From a virus (Duplodnaviria > Caudoviricetes), in IMG/VR virus record IMGVR_UViG_3300031965_000020, positions 3,529 to 67,528 of that record: DNA of 64,000 nucleotides; one strand, 5' to 3'. Under the pieces are notes generated by a model. It was given only the letters and a program-made list of their open reading frames with translations. It did no database searches and was not told where the DNA came from. The position numbers and the translations under genes are program-made. Below, piece by piece: positions 1 to 10,200 of this stretch (positions within the stretch are counted from its first letter, which is position 1; each line of letters opens with the position of its first letter).

Positions 1-1345
1 CAGCCCCATATGCTCCGGGGAGTGCTGTCGCCCACGGATCGCCGGCACTGCTGGCGCTGTTGAGCGCGAGGCCGGTACTCCCTGCCGTCAGATGCCCTGC
101 GATGGGCTCGTCCCAGACCCCATCGGCAATCTCGGCAACGGCATCGGCGGCAAGTGCCGCAGCGTCGATCGCGTCGGCTGCAAACGATGCGGCCGTGATA
201 CCTCCCGTAGCGATGCTGCCGACTGAGCCTGTGACGTTGCCGCCGACGTTGCCCGTGACGGAACCGACCGCTCCGGTGACCGATCCGACGGCACCGGACA
301 CAGATGCTACGACCTGATCGACGTCGATATTGGTTCCCGAGAGGTTCAGTGCCGTCGTTGGATTCTCGACATTGGCCCAGTCGATTCCCGCGTTGCCTGC
401 AACGCTGACGTCCAGCGTGCGGGCGGCCACCGTCGGAGCCAGCCGTGAACTGACAAGCGCGTCCAAGTTCGTTCCGAGGATGAAGCCAGCGGTGCCTGCA
501 CCGTACGCGCCAGGCAGCGCGGTTGCCCACGGGTCGCCTGCGCTGCTCGCGTTGCTGAGTGCTTCACCCGTGCTCCCAGCAGCCACATGACTGGCGAGCG
601 TGGCATCCCAGACGGCGTTTTCTACGTCGGTGATCGCACCGGCTGCGAGACCTCCGATATTGCCAGAGACAGAGGCGACTGATCCATCGACGTTGCCTTG
701 CACGTCGCCCACGACATTGCCGCCGACGTTGCCGGTTACCGAGCCGACTGCCCCTGTCACCGAGCCCACGGCACCGGTGACGCTGCCGACCGCGCCAGAG
801 ACCGACGCGACCACCTGATCGACGTCGATGTTCGTTCCGGAGAGATCCACGGCGGTAGTGGGATTCTCGACGTTCGCCCAGTCGATGCCCGCCGCGCCAG
901 TCGCCGTCACGTCCAGCGTGCGAGCCGCGACGGTCGGTGCCAGCAGGCCGGTCGTCCCAGCATCTACCAGCGAGTTGTTCAAGGCGGCTGCACGGAAGCA
1001 GATCACGGGCCCGCGCCAGGGCAGGATGCCCGTCGCGACGCCCGTGAACCAGCCGAAGCCTTCGGTATCGTTGTTGATGGAGGCCCCACCCGAGGCTGGA
1101 ATTTCGATCGCGTACATCCCCGAGGCGCCTTGATCGGTCCAGTCGTAGTCGCCCGCAGATGTCGGGGTCACCGCCGTGCATGTCTGCACTCCAGCGGTCG
1201 TGACAAAGTTCCAGAAGAGCGCCAACCCGGCCTGATTGAAGACCACGGCATCTTCAATCGTCTTGAAGTCGGTATCGTCGATGAGCGGCAGAATGTTGAC
1301 GGGAACTTCTGCCAGCGCCGTATCGACATCCATGCAGATTTGCAT
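1..1345 (-). CDS. Repeat-containing tail fibre/virion protein, truncated by window edge
   Basis: Hand translation MQICMDVDTALAEVPVNILPLIDDTDFK...; SD-like AAGGA upstream; frame open to position 1; ~500-bp internal duplication and VTGAVGS repeats; missing from ORF track because it runs off the edge. Confidence 0.8.
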   Translation of the reverse strand, partial: MQICMDVDTALAEVPVNILPLIDDTDFKTIEDAVVFNQAGLALFWNFVTTAGVQTCTAVTPTSAGDYDWTDQGASGMYAIEIPASGGASINNDTEGFGWFTGVATGILPWRGPVICFRAAALNNSLVDAGTTGLLAPTVAARTLDVTATGAAGIDWANVENPTTAVDLSGTNIDVDQVVASVSGAVGSVTGAVGSVTGAVGSVTGNVGGNVVGDVQGNVDGSVASVSGNIGGLAAGAITDVENAVWDATLASHVAAGSTGEALSNASSAGDPWATALPGAYGAGTAGFILGTNLDALVSSRLAPTVAARTLDVSVAGNAGIDWANVENPTTALNLSGTNIDVDQVVASVSGAVGSVTGAVGSVTGNVGGNVTGSVGSIATGGITAASFAADAIDAAALAADAVAEIADGVWDEPIAGHLTAGSTGLALNSASSAGDPWATALPGAYGA

Positions 1346-1356
1346 CGGCTAGTTCC

Positions 1357-2589
1357 TTACTGCTGGGCGTAGGCGTACCATGGATTGCCAACGGCCGCAC
1401 TCGCCACGGTCCCTAGCATGGAGACCGCGCGAACCCCGACCGAACCCGACGCCCCGGTCGTCACAATGGCCACGTTGTAGCGATCCGTGCCAGCGGTCAG
1501 CACATCCGTGTTGGCGGCGTCCGTTTTCACGCCTGTCTCCGCTGAGGTGAAGACCAGGACTTGGTTGCCATCTGCCGCATTAACTCTGCACCGTACCGTG
1601 GCCGTGGCCCCACTGGGCAACGAGTTCGGCACAACACGCGCCGTCAAATGGGAGGCCGTATAGGTTAGGCGCGTGAGTAACTGGGCGTCGGATTCGGTTG
1701 CACTCGCCGAACCGATACGCCCAAAGTTCAGGTAATTCGTCACCCCGAAATCTTGGGGCACCGGATTACCACTGTTCTGCAGTGGAAATTGGTCCGCGGC
1801 CGATGCAATCGCGACGGTCGTCATCGTCGTCGTGATGTCCCCGGTCCCCGTACCGTTCGTCAGCGCAAGGTTGTATTCGTCATCGGCGACCAAGCTATCG
1901 CTATTCGAGGTGTCCTCTTTCAGTCCCGTTTCGGCGGTGGCAAAGGTGAGGGTCATCGACCCCGCACCGGCATTCTTCCGCGAGGTCCAGACGGAATCCG
2001 TCGATCGGGCGTTGCCGCTCACATAGACCGACAGATTGCGCGCCGTAAACGTCGCCGTCACACGCCAATGAACATTCGTCTCAATGACTGATGAGTCGTT
2101 CCGGGCTGTCAGCGGGTAAAAACGCGTCGCAGACGCCGTCGAGAAACTGTCCCCAGCGGCGACGCCGGACTGCATCGATACCGTCCCGCTCGTCGCCGCG
2201 AACAGCACCCCAATCACACTGACTACGAGCTGATTACCGCCCGGCTCTGACGGAATCGCGACCTCAAGCCCGGCAAGCTCGGTGTTCGCGAAGGCGACGG
2301 AGTGTGTCACATCCTCGAATTCGCCCGTCGCGTCCGGTCCAACAGTCAGTGTGAGGGCCGTCGCCACGCCACTTTTCCGCAGCGTCACGACCGTGTTCAC
2401 GGTGCATGCATTGCTCGTCAGGCGAAAGTATAGGTTACTGAACGTGCCAGCATCCCTGACAGGAATTTGACCTTCCGCCTCGGTCGTGATGGCGGCCGTC
2501 GGCGGTATTACGCCCGACAACGTGTAATATCGCGTCTGGCCGTCGTTCTGAGAATCCGCGCCAAAGGCGAGTAGTTGCGTGGCGGACAT
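1357..2589 (-). CDS. Thr/Ser-rich beta-strand virion protein with three internal repeats
   Basis: 410-aa ORF in the tail module; three similar ~130-aa units. Confidence 0.7.
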   Translation of the reverse strand: MSATQLLAFGADSQNDGQTRYYTLSGVIPPTAAITTEAEGQIPVRDAGTFSNLYFRLTSNACTVNTVVTLRKSGVATALTLTVGPDATGEFEDVTHSVAFANTELAGLEVAIPSEPGGNQLVVSVIGVLFAATSGTVSMQSGVAAGDSFSTASATRFYPLTARNDSSVIETNVHWRVTATFTARNLSVYVSGNARSTDSVWTSRKNAGAGSMTLTFATAETGLKEDTSNSDSLVADDEYNLALTNGTGTGDITTTMTTVAIASAADQFPLQNSGNPVPQDFGVTNYLNFGRIGSASATESDAQLLTRLTYTASHLTARVVPNSLPSGATATVRCRVNAADGNQVLVFTSAETGVKTDAANTDVLTAGTDRYNVAIVTTGASGSVGVRAVSMLGTVASAAVGNPWYAYAQQ

Positions 2590-2978
2590 CAGGGGAGATC
2601 CAACGTATCGAGCATGCGCACGCCGGTCGTGATACCGACCGCCGCTGCGTCAGTTAGTGCCCGCGTCTGATCTGTACGACTCAACCCTTCCACATGGACT
2701 TCCAGGACACGATCCTTGCCGGTCCCCACAAAGCGCCAGGATGGCTCGACGCCGTGTTGCTCCACGAGTTGATTCCGCACGAGGTTCTTGCGACGGTTCT
2801 CACCCTTGGGCCATGCCCACACGGCCTCCCAGATCTCCTCGTCCGTAAGTGCAGCATGCGCTGGACACTTCGACTCGACGTGATCCAGCGCAATCGACCC
2901 CTCAACTGCCAGATCATGCGCCTGCACGATCACGCAATGACAAGTGTCTGGCCGCCAGCGCATCAGGGAACGAGCCAT
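2589..2978 (-). CDS. Hypothetical protein, possible tail fibre assembly factor
   Basis: 129 aa; GGAGG SD; coupled to next gene; CHC and CPAH motifs. Confidence 0.6.
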   Translation of the reverse strand: MARSLMRWRPDTCHCVIVQAHDLAVEGSIALDHVESKCPAHAALTDEEIWEAVWAWPKGENRRKNLVRNQLVEQHGVEPSWRFVGTGKDRVLEVHVEGLSRTDQTRALTDAAAVGITTGVRMLDTLDLP

Positions 2979-3026
2979 GACGTTATAAGTCCTCCATCCT
3001 CAGTAGCCTCTGCAAGCCGTCACGAG

Positions 3027-5132
3027 TCATGCAGGCCGCTCAAAGATCAGCGTATCGTCTTCGGGCACTGCAGGCAGCACATAATTCTTGAGCACGACCA
3101 CGTCGCGTCCGTAACTAATCGCAGGGGCCGACAACAGCCCTACCGGCGATGACGTATTGTGCTGGAACCAGAACGCCGAGATACCGTTGTAGATCTTCGC
3201 CGGATTGCCGTTCTTGTAGCGATTGATCGGGATCTTGTAGAGAATGCGCAGCGGCCCGCTCGTTGGCGTGAGAATCCACGACGAGCACATGTGGTACAAC
3301 AGCCCCGGATCGAGCGGCACGCCGGTTTGCGCTTCCCATTCGGGAAACTGCGTCGCATCCAGATTCAGCCGAATCTCCTGAACGTAGCGAATCCAGGTGC
3401 TATGTGGCAGGAACACCGTGTTTGGCGGCTCGATGCCTGGTCCTCCAGGTGCGCCATTGTTATCTGTCGCCCCGGCCACAAATGCAGGATAGATGCGATG
3501 GCGAACCACCCCGACGTTGCCAGCGGTCGAAAACTGATATCGCGTCTGCGTCTCGAAGAAAATTGAGCCTTGAAAATCCGCACCATCCTCATCGAAAGCA
3601 CAATGAAATTCCTTGTGTTGATACGCAGCGTTCGTCAGATTTCCGCCATTCTCGACGCTCTGCCACTCAGGGCCAAACCAGTAGTCCCATGTGACGAGGA
3701 TTGTGCCGGCGATCTGATGGACCGGGAAGACCAGCTTCTGACCGCCTCCGATACTGGCCTGGTCCGTGGGAAAAATCAGCTTTGCCGCATCTTGCTTCGC
3801 GGGATACGGATCACTGGCAAAGTCGTACGTATAACGCATCGAGAGGCCATTCTTGGTCAGGCCGTTCAACTCGACTTGATTGCGAAGACTACGACTCACC
3901 AATGCCGTCGATAGAGCACTCAAGGTCGCGAAGCGTGTACCGCTCGGTGGGGTAGGCGGAACAGCAAAGACCGTCAAATCGAGCGTCTTGATCGTGCCGA
4001 GTCCGTGCTGGTCGGTGACCACGAGTTGGGCGGTGTAGATACCTGATTGGCCGTAGCGCTTCGATGCAGTCGCTGGTGGCGCACCGGTATAGACAATGTC
4101 CCCAGATCCGTCCCCCCAGTTCAGCCGGCTGGACGCAATCGTGTCTCCGTCTGGATCGAGCGCGCTCATGGCGACAACGAAGTCGTCGGTGACGTAGATG
4201 CCAGAGACGCGTGAGAAGGTCACCTGCGGTGGCTGATTGGGCGCCGGAAGCGCGCTGATCGTCGTCGTGAGCGTGACGGTTGTTACCTGTCCGCTGGTGT
4301 CGGTGCAGGTCAACGCCACTTGGAAGGCACCTGACGTTGCATAGACATGGTTCAGACTCAGCGGCGGCACGCCCGCTGCACTGACAACAGTCCCATCGCC
4401 ATAATCAATGGACCAAGACGCCAATGACCAGTAGCCAGCGTGGGTTCCTTCAGTGCTCCAGGTAATCGTCTCGCCGACGAACTGACCCGAGACGTACTCC
4501 AGCGCGACAATCGGCGGATCCTGCACGGGCGGTGGATCGGGATCAGGGTCAGGTGGCGGTGGAATCGGATCGGCCGCGACGACAACGTCCGTCACGACCT
4601 CCGTAGTCAGTCCATTTGATGCGGTGACTCGTACGGTTACGACATACGCGATGGCCGCGCCGTACGTATGGGACACCGGGGTGGGCACGGCACCGTTCTC
4701 GTCGATCACGGTTCCATCGCCGTAATCAATATGGTACGACGCGATCTGTCCGACCACTTCGATGTCGAAGACGAATGCCTCGGAGAGATAGACACCCTCG
4801 ATGAGCGTCACCATGAGTGAGGGTGGCATCGGCGGAGGTGCCGACGGCACCGAAATTTCAATCGCCTGCGAGACGGTCGACATGCGCCCTTTGTTGTCTT
4901 CGACGTAGAGCGTCACGATGACCGTGCCGCCCGCTGTCGCATAGGTATAGGGAAGCGAGGCAGGCGGGAAGCCAGTCCCTTCGATGGGTGCGGACCCATC
5001 GCCAAGGTCGACGCGCCACTTTCGCAGAGTACCCTGCCGTGCGAAACTCGCCGACCCGTCGATGTTGATTTCGTCACCGTCACTGCCCAAGCGAGTGAGC
5101 GTCAAGACCGCTTGCGGAGATCGATCCTTCAC
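3027..5132 (-). CDS. PKD/Ig-like domain virion protein with C-terminal beta-sandwich
   Basis: Four W/Y-x-x-D/W-x-GDG PKD signatures (WRVDLGDG, YHIDYGDG, WSIDYGDG, RLNWGDG); GTG start after GGAGG preferred over track start 5180. Confidence 0.75.
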   Translation of the reverse strand: MKDRSPQAVLTLTRLGSDGDEINIDGSASFARQGTLRKWRVDLGDGSAPIEGTGFPPASLPYTYATAGGTVIVTLYVEDNKGRMSTVSQAIEISVPSAPPPMPPSLMVTLIEGVYLSEAFVFDIEVVGQIASYHIDYGDGTVIDENGAVPTPVSHTYGAAIAYVVTVRVTASNGLTTEVVTDVVVAADPIPPPPDPDPDPPPVQDPPIVALEYVSGQFVGETITWSTEGTHAGYWSLASWSIDYGDGTVVSAAGVPPLSLNHVYATSGAFQVALTCTDTSGQVTTVTLTTTISALPAPNQPPQVTFSRVSGIYVTDDFVVAMSALDPDGDTIASSRLNWGDGSGDIVYTGAPPATASKRYGQSGIYTAQLVVTDQHGLGTIKTLDLTVFAVPPTPPSGTRFATLSALSTALVSRSLRNQVELNGLTKNGLSMRYTYDFASDPYPAKQDAAKLIFPTDQASIGGGQKLVFPVHQIAGTILVTWDYWFGPEWQSVENGGNLTNAAYQHKEFHCAFDEDGADFQGSIFFETQTRYQFSTAGNVGVVRHRIYPAFVAGATDNNGAPGGPGIEPPNTVFLPHSTWIRYVQEIRLNLDATQFPEWEAQTGVPLDPGLLYHMCSSWILTPTSGPLRILYKIPINRYKNGNPAKIYNGISAFWFQHNTSSPVGLLSAPAISYGRDVVVLKNYVLPAVPEDDTLIFERPA

Positions 5133-5191
5133 GAGTCCCTCCTTGTTGGCGTCGGGGCAGCCGAGCAGATGACGAGGCATGAGCAGCTATT

Positions 5192-7132
5192 CTATTCCAG
5201 CGCCGGTGGGCTGTATGGTAGTCCATCCGTGCGCGCTGCACCAAGGATTCCTGGACAGACCGGTGGCCCAACATCGCCATGCGCAATGACAAACGGGCAC
5301 GAGAATGGGTGACCAAACGTATTGGCGATCTCGTCGTAGCGCAGCTTGAACTGCCCACCGTCCTGGACTTCAGCGCCGTACGGCGTCTCAACGTCGACAG
5401 TGCCGTTGCTCGCGTCAATGCGTTGGAACTTGCCGAGGCCGAACTCCTTGATCCACGTCCAGAAGAAGTTCGTATCATCGTCAGGATCGTGCGTGACGCG
5501 GTCAAGGTTGTCGGTTGCCGCACCAACGCCGTACTGCACGTCCCAGAGGAGTGTGCCAGCTGGCGTGAACTTTCGCAGGCGCGACTCATTCTGGTTGTTC
5601 AACCAGTAGCCGACGATCAGCGATTCATCTCCAAGGACGAGGAGCGCGCCGGGTGAAACTCCCGACGAATCAATCTTGTAGCCAGACAGCGCACTGATGA
5701 AGACACCGAGATCCGTGTCGCCGACGAGATCCCAGCGACGGACGGTATCGGCTGATGGATCGAGATAGTACGCAATCGTCTCAGCACGATTGATGGCCAG
5801 CATCTGTGCACCAGCCGTGAATGGCCCCCAGCGCGTACTCGGCATACCGGTCAGTGTGATACGCCGAACCCAAGTCTGTCCTGCCTCGGACGTAATCGCG
5901 TAGAAGTGGTCCGCGAAGTGTCCTGCGCCGATCGCCCCGACAAAGCCGGTGTTGGTGTAGAGCAGGTTCATGTCGCGGTCGTAGATGTTGTAGCGCGGCT
6001 CCTGGTGCGCGTCGTAGAAGAGGCTGATACCTGTTGAGGTGATGTCTGCCGTTTCGCCTGCAACCGTGTTCAGCCGGAAGCCTAGCGGTATCCCAGTCGC
6101 CGGATCGACGAATGCCGTAGGATAGCCGTCCTCGTCACTGTTGATGACCGGCACACCCTTGGCAACGGTTGGATAGTTCGGCGCGACGTAGACGTCAAAG
6201 TCGAACGACTCCATGAGGCCTTGTTCATTCGCCTCGATCTTGAAGTAGTAGGTCGTCCCGTTGGCGACGGGGATCTGCAAGCGACCGTTCGCGATGGAGT
6301 TCGCTCCAAGATAGACGGATGGCGCACCTTCAGGACCGACGTACACCGTGACGAATGGCCGTGGGTTCACGCTGGAGACAATCGAGGCCAGCATGCCGAG
6401 GACTTGTTCAGGCGAGGCGCTGGTGTATTTGTACCAGCTATAGAAGGCAACCAGCGAGCCGGTGACGGAGGCGGGAAGCGTAACGAGGTCGATGGCGGTG
6501 GTAATCGAATTGTTGACTGGCGTGTCGAACGTGATCGTCCCACCGGATTCTGCCCAGTCCCGCCCGTTGCCGGAGTCATCGAGCAGATCGTCGTAGAGCG
6601 GCGTGTCCAGCCAGAGATCAACCGTGTCGACAGGCGTTGGCGATGTCTGCTCGAAGAACTGCGGCGTTTCAGTGAGCGCCTTCGTCCAGGCACGGAGATA
6701 CGCAGCTTTGCTCGTTGACCAATCGGGTGCAAGCGTATCCGTTCCCGCGAGCAGATGTGTATGCGTCTGTAACGATTGATCCTGGACCGCCGTGCATTCT
6801 TCGACGAGATCGACGTAGACGCGGTGCGTCGTGCCAGTACGCGTATAGACGATGTAGTACCAGCCGATAGCTGGCAGCGTGGAGCCCAAGACTGGCGTCA
6901 CTGTCGAGTTGAGGAACATCAACAGGTTGCCGGTGGTGATCTGCAGGCCGACCCAGACACCTTCGGCATAGGTCGCCGGATCGTCGCCAAGGTAGAAGAA
7001 CGTCTGATAGTTCGCAGGCGTGAGGTCGGGAACGTAGAACCAGCCCGCGAGCGTCACGTCACCGCTGGCGGGTGGTACGTCTGCGCCCGTGAGGAGAAGA
7101 CCTTCAGGAGAATCCGCAAGAATGGCAGCCAT
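5192..7132 (-). CDS. Tail-associated protein: LamG/ConA-like domain plus beta-propeller-like C-terminus
   Basis: VTLAGWF...WYYIVYTR...HRVYVD LamG pattern; 646 aa. Confidence 0.7.
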   Translation of the reverse strand: MAAILADSPEGLLLTGADVPPASGDVTLAGWFYVPDLTPANYQTFFYLGDDPATYAEGVWVGLQITTGNLLMFLNSTVTPVLGSTLPAIGWYYIVYTRTGTTHRVYVDLVEECTAVQDQSLQTHTHLLAGTDTLAPDWSTSKAAYLRAWTKALTETPQFFEQTSPTPVDTVDLWLDTPLYDDLLDDSGNGRDWAESGGTITFDTPVNNSITTAIDLVTLPASVTGSLVAFYSWYKYTSASPEQVLGMLASIVSSVNPRPFVTVYVGPEGAPSVYLGANSIANGRLQIPVANGTTYYFKIEANEQGLMESFDFDVYVAPNYPTVAKGVPVINSDEDGYPTAFVDPATGIPLGFRLNTVAGETADITSTGISLFYDAHQEPRYNIYDRDMNLLYTNTGFVGAIGAGHFADHFYAITSEAGQTWVRRITLTGMPSTRWGPFTAGAQMLAINRAETIAYYLDPSADTVRRWDLVGDTDLGVFISALSGYKIDSSGVSPGALLVLGDESLIVGYWLNNQNESRLRKFTPAGTLLWDVQYGVGAATDNLDRVTHDPDDDTNFFWTWIKEFGLGKFQRIDASNGTVDVETPYGAEVQDGGQFKLRYDEIANTFGHPFSCPFVIAHGDVGPPVCPGILGAARTDGLPYSPPALE

Positions 7133-7135
7133 AGG

Positions 7136-7261
7136 TCAGGGCAGTTGCGGTTGAATCGCCTGGATCGCGTGAATGACGGGGTTGACGAGTACGAGACGCG
7201 CGAGGAGCAGTGCGAGGCCCCCGGCGATTGCCCATCGAGACCAATACTGCAGCGGCGTCAT
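7136..7261 (-). CDS. 41-aa single-TM membrane peptide
   Basis: ATG overlaps stop of 1390-aa gene (ATGA); MTPLQYWSRWAIAGGLALLLARLVLV. Confidence 0.6.
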   Translation of the reverse strand: MTPLQYWSRWAIAGGLALLLARLVLVNPVIHAIQAIQPQLP

Positions 7262-10200
7262 ATGCCAGCTCCGTCCACCGAATGCGGCCCGCCGAAGGGG
7301 TTGACCGTTGTATAGCCACCAGGGAAGCCCCAGGGCTGGATGCGTACCGCGCAATCGGACTTGAAGAGTCTGAAGGGCTCGTCTGAGGTCCAACGGAAGC
7401 GAACGGCTTTGCCCTTCTGCGCCTGAGTGATTTGCCGGATGCGCCGATAGAGTCCGGCTGATGCAGCCAGCACATAGGTCGCCGACGATCCATCTTGATA
7501 TTCGATGAACCAGTTGACGTCGGCAGTGGACTGGTAGGCCACAATTCCGTCATGTACATCGAGGAAGCCGGGGGCGCCGAAGGTGGTGTACTGCGTCTCC
7601 CACTGGGTTGCCAGTTCCGGCGCAGGCTCCCAGACGAAGCGCCAGTCGAGCAGGTTCCACTCGGTGTCATCTTCGGTGTGGAGACGGACAAGTTCGGCGA
7701 TGAACGGTGTCCAGCCAGCGGACGAGAGCGGATAGGCGATCTGCCGCTCGCCGTTGTGGCTGATCGTGAGGGTAATCGCCGTCTGCGGGGCGGCGTTCGG
7801 GCCGTCGTACTGCACGAGCAGCGTCTTGGCTTGGTTGAACGTATTCGCGCGGAGCACGACGCCTTGGACGAATTTCGCGCCCTTGTACCCAAGGTCGTCC
7901 CAGTCCGTTGCGCGGCGTCCGGTGGAAATCTGCTTCCACGACCAGCTGGTTTCCCAGAGGTAGAAGATCGGCCGCTGGATGTCACAGGCTTGGCACGCCC
8001 CTTCGATCAGGAAGCCGCAGTTACGCGAGTAGATGCCTTCGCCAGATTCGAGTTCGACGATGTAGGTGTCGCGAACGGTCCCGCCTGCACCGATGATAAC
8101 GGGCGTGAGAGCGGTGTTGCCATTCGTGATGACCGGTGTGACTTGCACGCCGTCGACCGAGCCGCCAGGATTGAAGTCCAGAATTCCGTCGCCCCACTGC
8201 TTCCACGCACGCGGGTCGTCGCCGTGTGACCAGGGCGTCCAGATCGCCCAGTTGATCGAGTCCAGCGCGTCGGTGATCTTCTCGTTGGTGTATTGGTGGA
8301 GATTGCCGTCCTCGGTGCCAAGGATGTGATCGTAAACCTGCGGACCGGGTTCGGACTCGCGTACTGTTACGCCAATCGGCGTCAGGGGATCGCCGGTTTC
8401 CAGATAACGGTCGTAGGAGATCCAGCCCTTGAGCATCCGGTCGTAGACCAGCGTGCAGCCGTCACCAAGAATGTCGAGGTAGTCGAAGTAGAGATACCGC
8501 CCGACGATAGCGAGCCGCAGCCGCGTGGATTGGGTGAAATCCACCGGGTTCATCGAGCGGATGGCTTGCGCCTCGGTGCCGTCCTGTGGGAAGAGCGGGC
8601 GCAGATCGCCCATGACGTTGATCGCGTCGGCGCCGCCAGCCGTATGATGCACACCTTCCTGTGTGACGAAGAAGGCTCCGCCGTCAGGGTCTGGCGCAAA
8701 CGCCCACGGCGACCAGAGGCCCTTGGAGCAGTTGGTCGCATCGACCTGGAACGGCGTCAGCGGATCGCCGAAGGTCGGCAGGATGCGGTACAGCTGCTGA
8801 GTGCTGAAGACATACGCAATGCCGTCATCGATCCAGCCGTTCAGGAGCGGCTCGCTGGCGGATGAGACGACGAGCGTGTTCCGGTCGCTGGTCGCGTCAG
8901 GATCGTTGCCGTGCGTCCAATGCAGGATGCCAGGGTTGGCCGGGTCGCCACACGCGAAGTGGAACCAGACGCCGTTGATCGTGCCGCCCCAGACATAGGG
9001 GAGCGGCTGGGCGAGGAGCGTTGGGGACGGCAAGCTGAACGGAACGGCTGTGCCAGAGCCCACGTTATCAACGACCGAGAGCGCCGTGGCCGAGGTAGGC
9101 GAGGTATATAGCTGCGTCGCCACGCCGTTGATGATGATGAGCGAGTCAGCCGCCCAGCGGACATCGAAGAGGTCGCCGCTGACCCAGGTGACTGCGGTGC
9201 CAGCGACTGTGCAGGTGCCACTGCGCGGCAGATCGCTCGTTGGCCAGGGCTGGAACCAGTTCGGCCGAATACGCTCCCCACCGTCGATCTTGGCGTCGGC
9301 CATGTCGTCGCTGAACGAGTTGACGAAGGGCGACGCCGCTGCGTCATTGGGAGTCGTACCGACGTACTCCCAGCGAGCCAGTGCGCCGCCGAATCGCCAG
9401 ATGTCGATGACGTCGGTCTGCGGATCGACCGATGGTGCGAGATCGAGCAGGACGCGCCCACGACGCGGCGTGATACCGGCTCGCGCGGGTGGCGATGGGT
9501 TCGACCGTTCGCCAGTGATGGTCGAGCGGTACGAATACCGATAGGTGTAGGGCGGCAGCGTCGCGCCGACGTCGGGGCCGTAGCCGCCGATGAGATAGGC
9601 GTCTGAGATTTCAATCGTTAATGGATCGACCGAGCCGTTCTCTTGGATATAAATCGCCGCGTTCAGCATGTCGCCCATCGTCAGAGTGACGTCGGACCCG
9701 ACACGGATGAGGTCGCCGACCCGGCATTCCAAGGTCATCCACGCGTCATTGCCGAGTGCGAGCTGGCGCACGATACCACCGCCTGTATTGACCGGCGCGT
9801 CTGCGGCAATTTGTGTGAGCGAGATGGCCTTCCCGACTGCGCCCGTCGAGCGCGGTGCGACGCGACGGACCCCGTCACTGCCGATGACGTAGCGTTCCCC
9901 GGCAAGGGGCTGCTGGCCGTACTGGTCGCTGTACAGCTCGTCGGTTGCACCGCGCTCAACCGCCGCTTGCTGGGCGTCACTGACAAGGCCCGTCGCCACT
10001 TCAGACGTCGACTGAATCGCCGAGACGAGATCGGCCGCGCGCCACTCATAGAACAGGTAATCCCGCAGGAACTCTGGGCCGATCGGCGAGAGATCCAGGA
10101 CGAGCCGGACCATCTCGACGTTGCCGAGCTTGCTGACCTTAAGACCGAAGCGAATGATGTCAGCGGATTGCGCCGCACGCGTACCGACCAGCGCCCAATT

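Noticed and set aside
60-1372. Many plus-strand ORFs (e.g. VTEPTAPVT repeats) and similar shadow ORFs throughout the window
   Set aside because: They are antisense or off-frame shadows of GC-rich real genes, with no SD and R/P/A/S-biased composition
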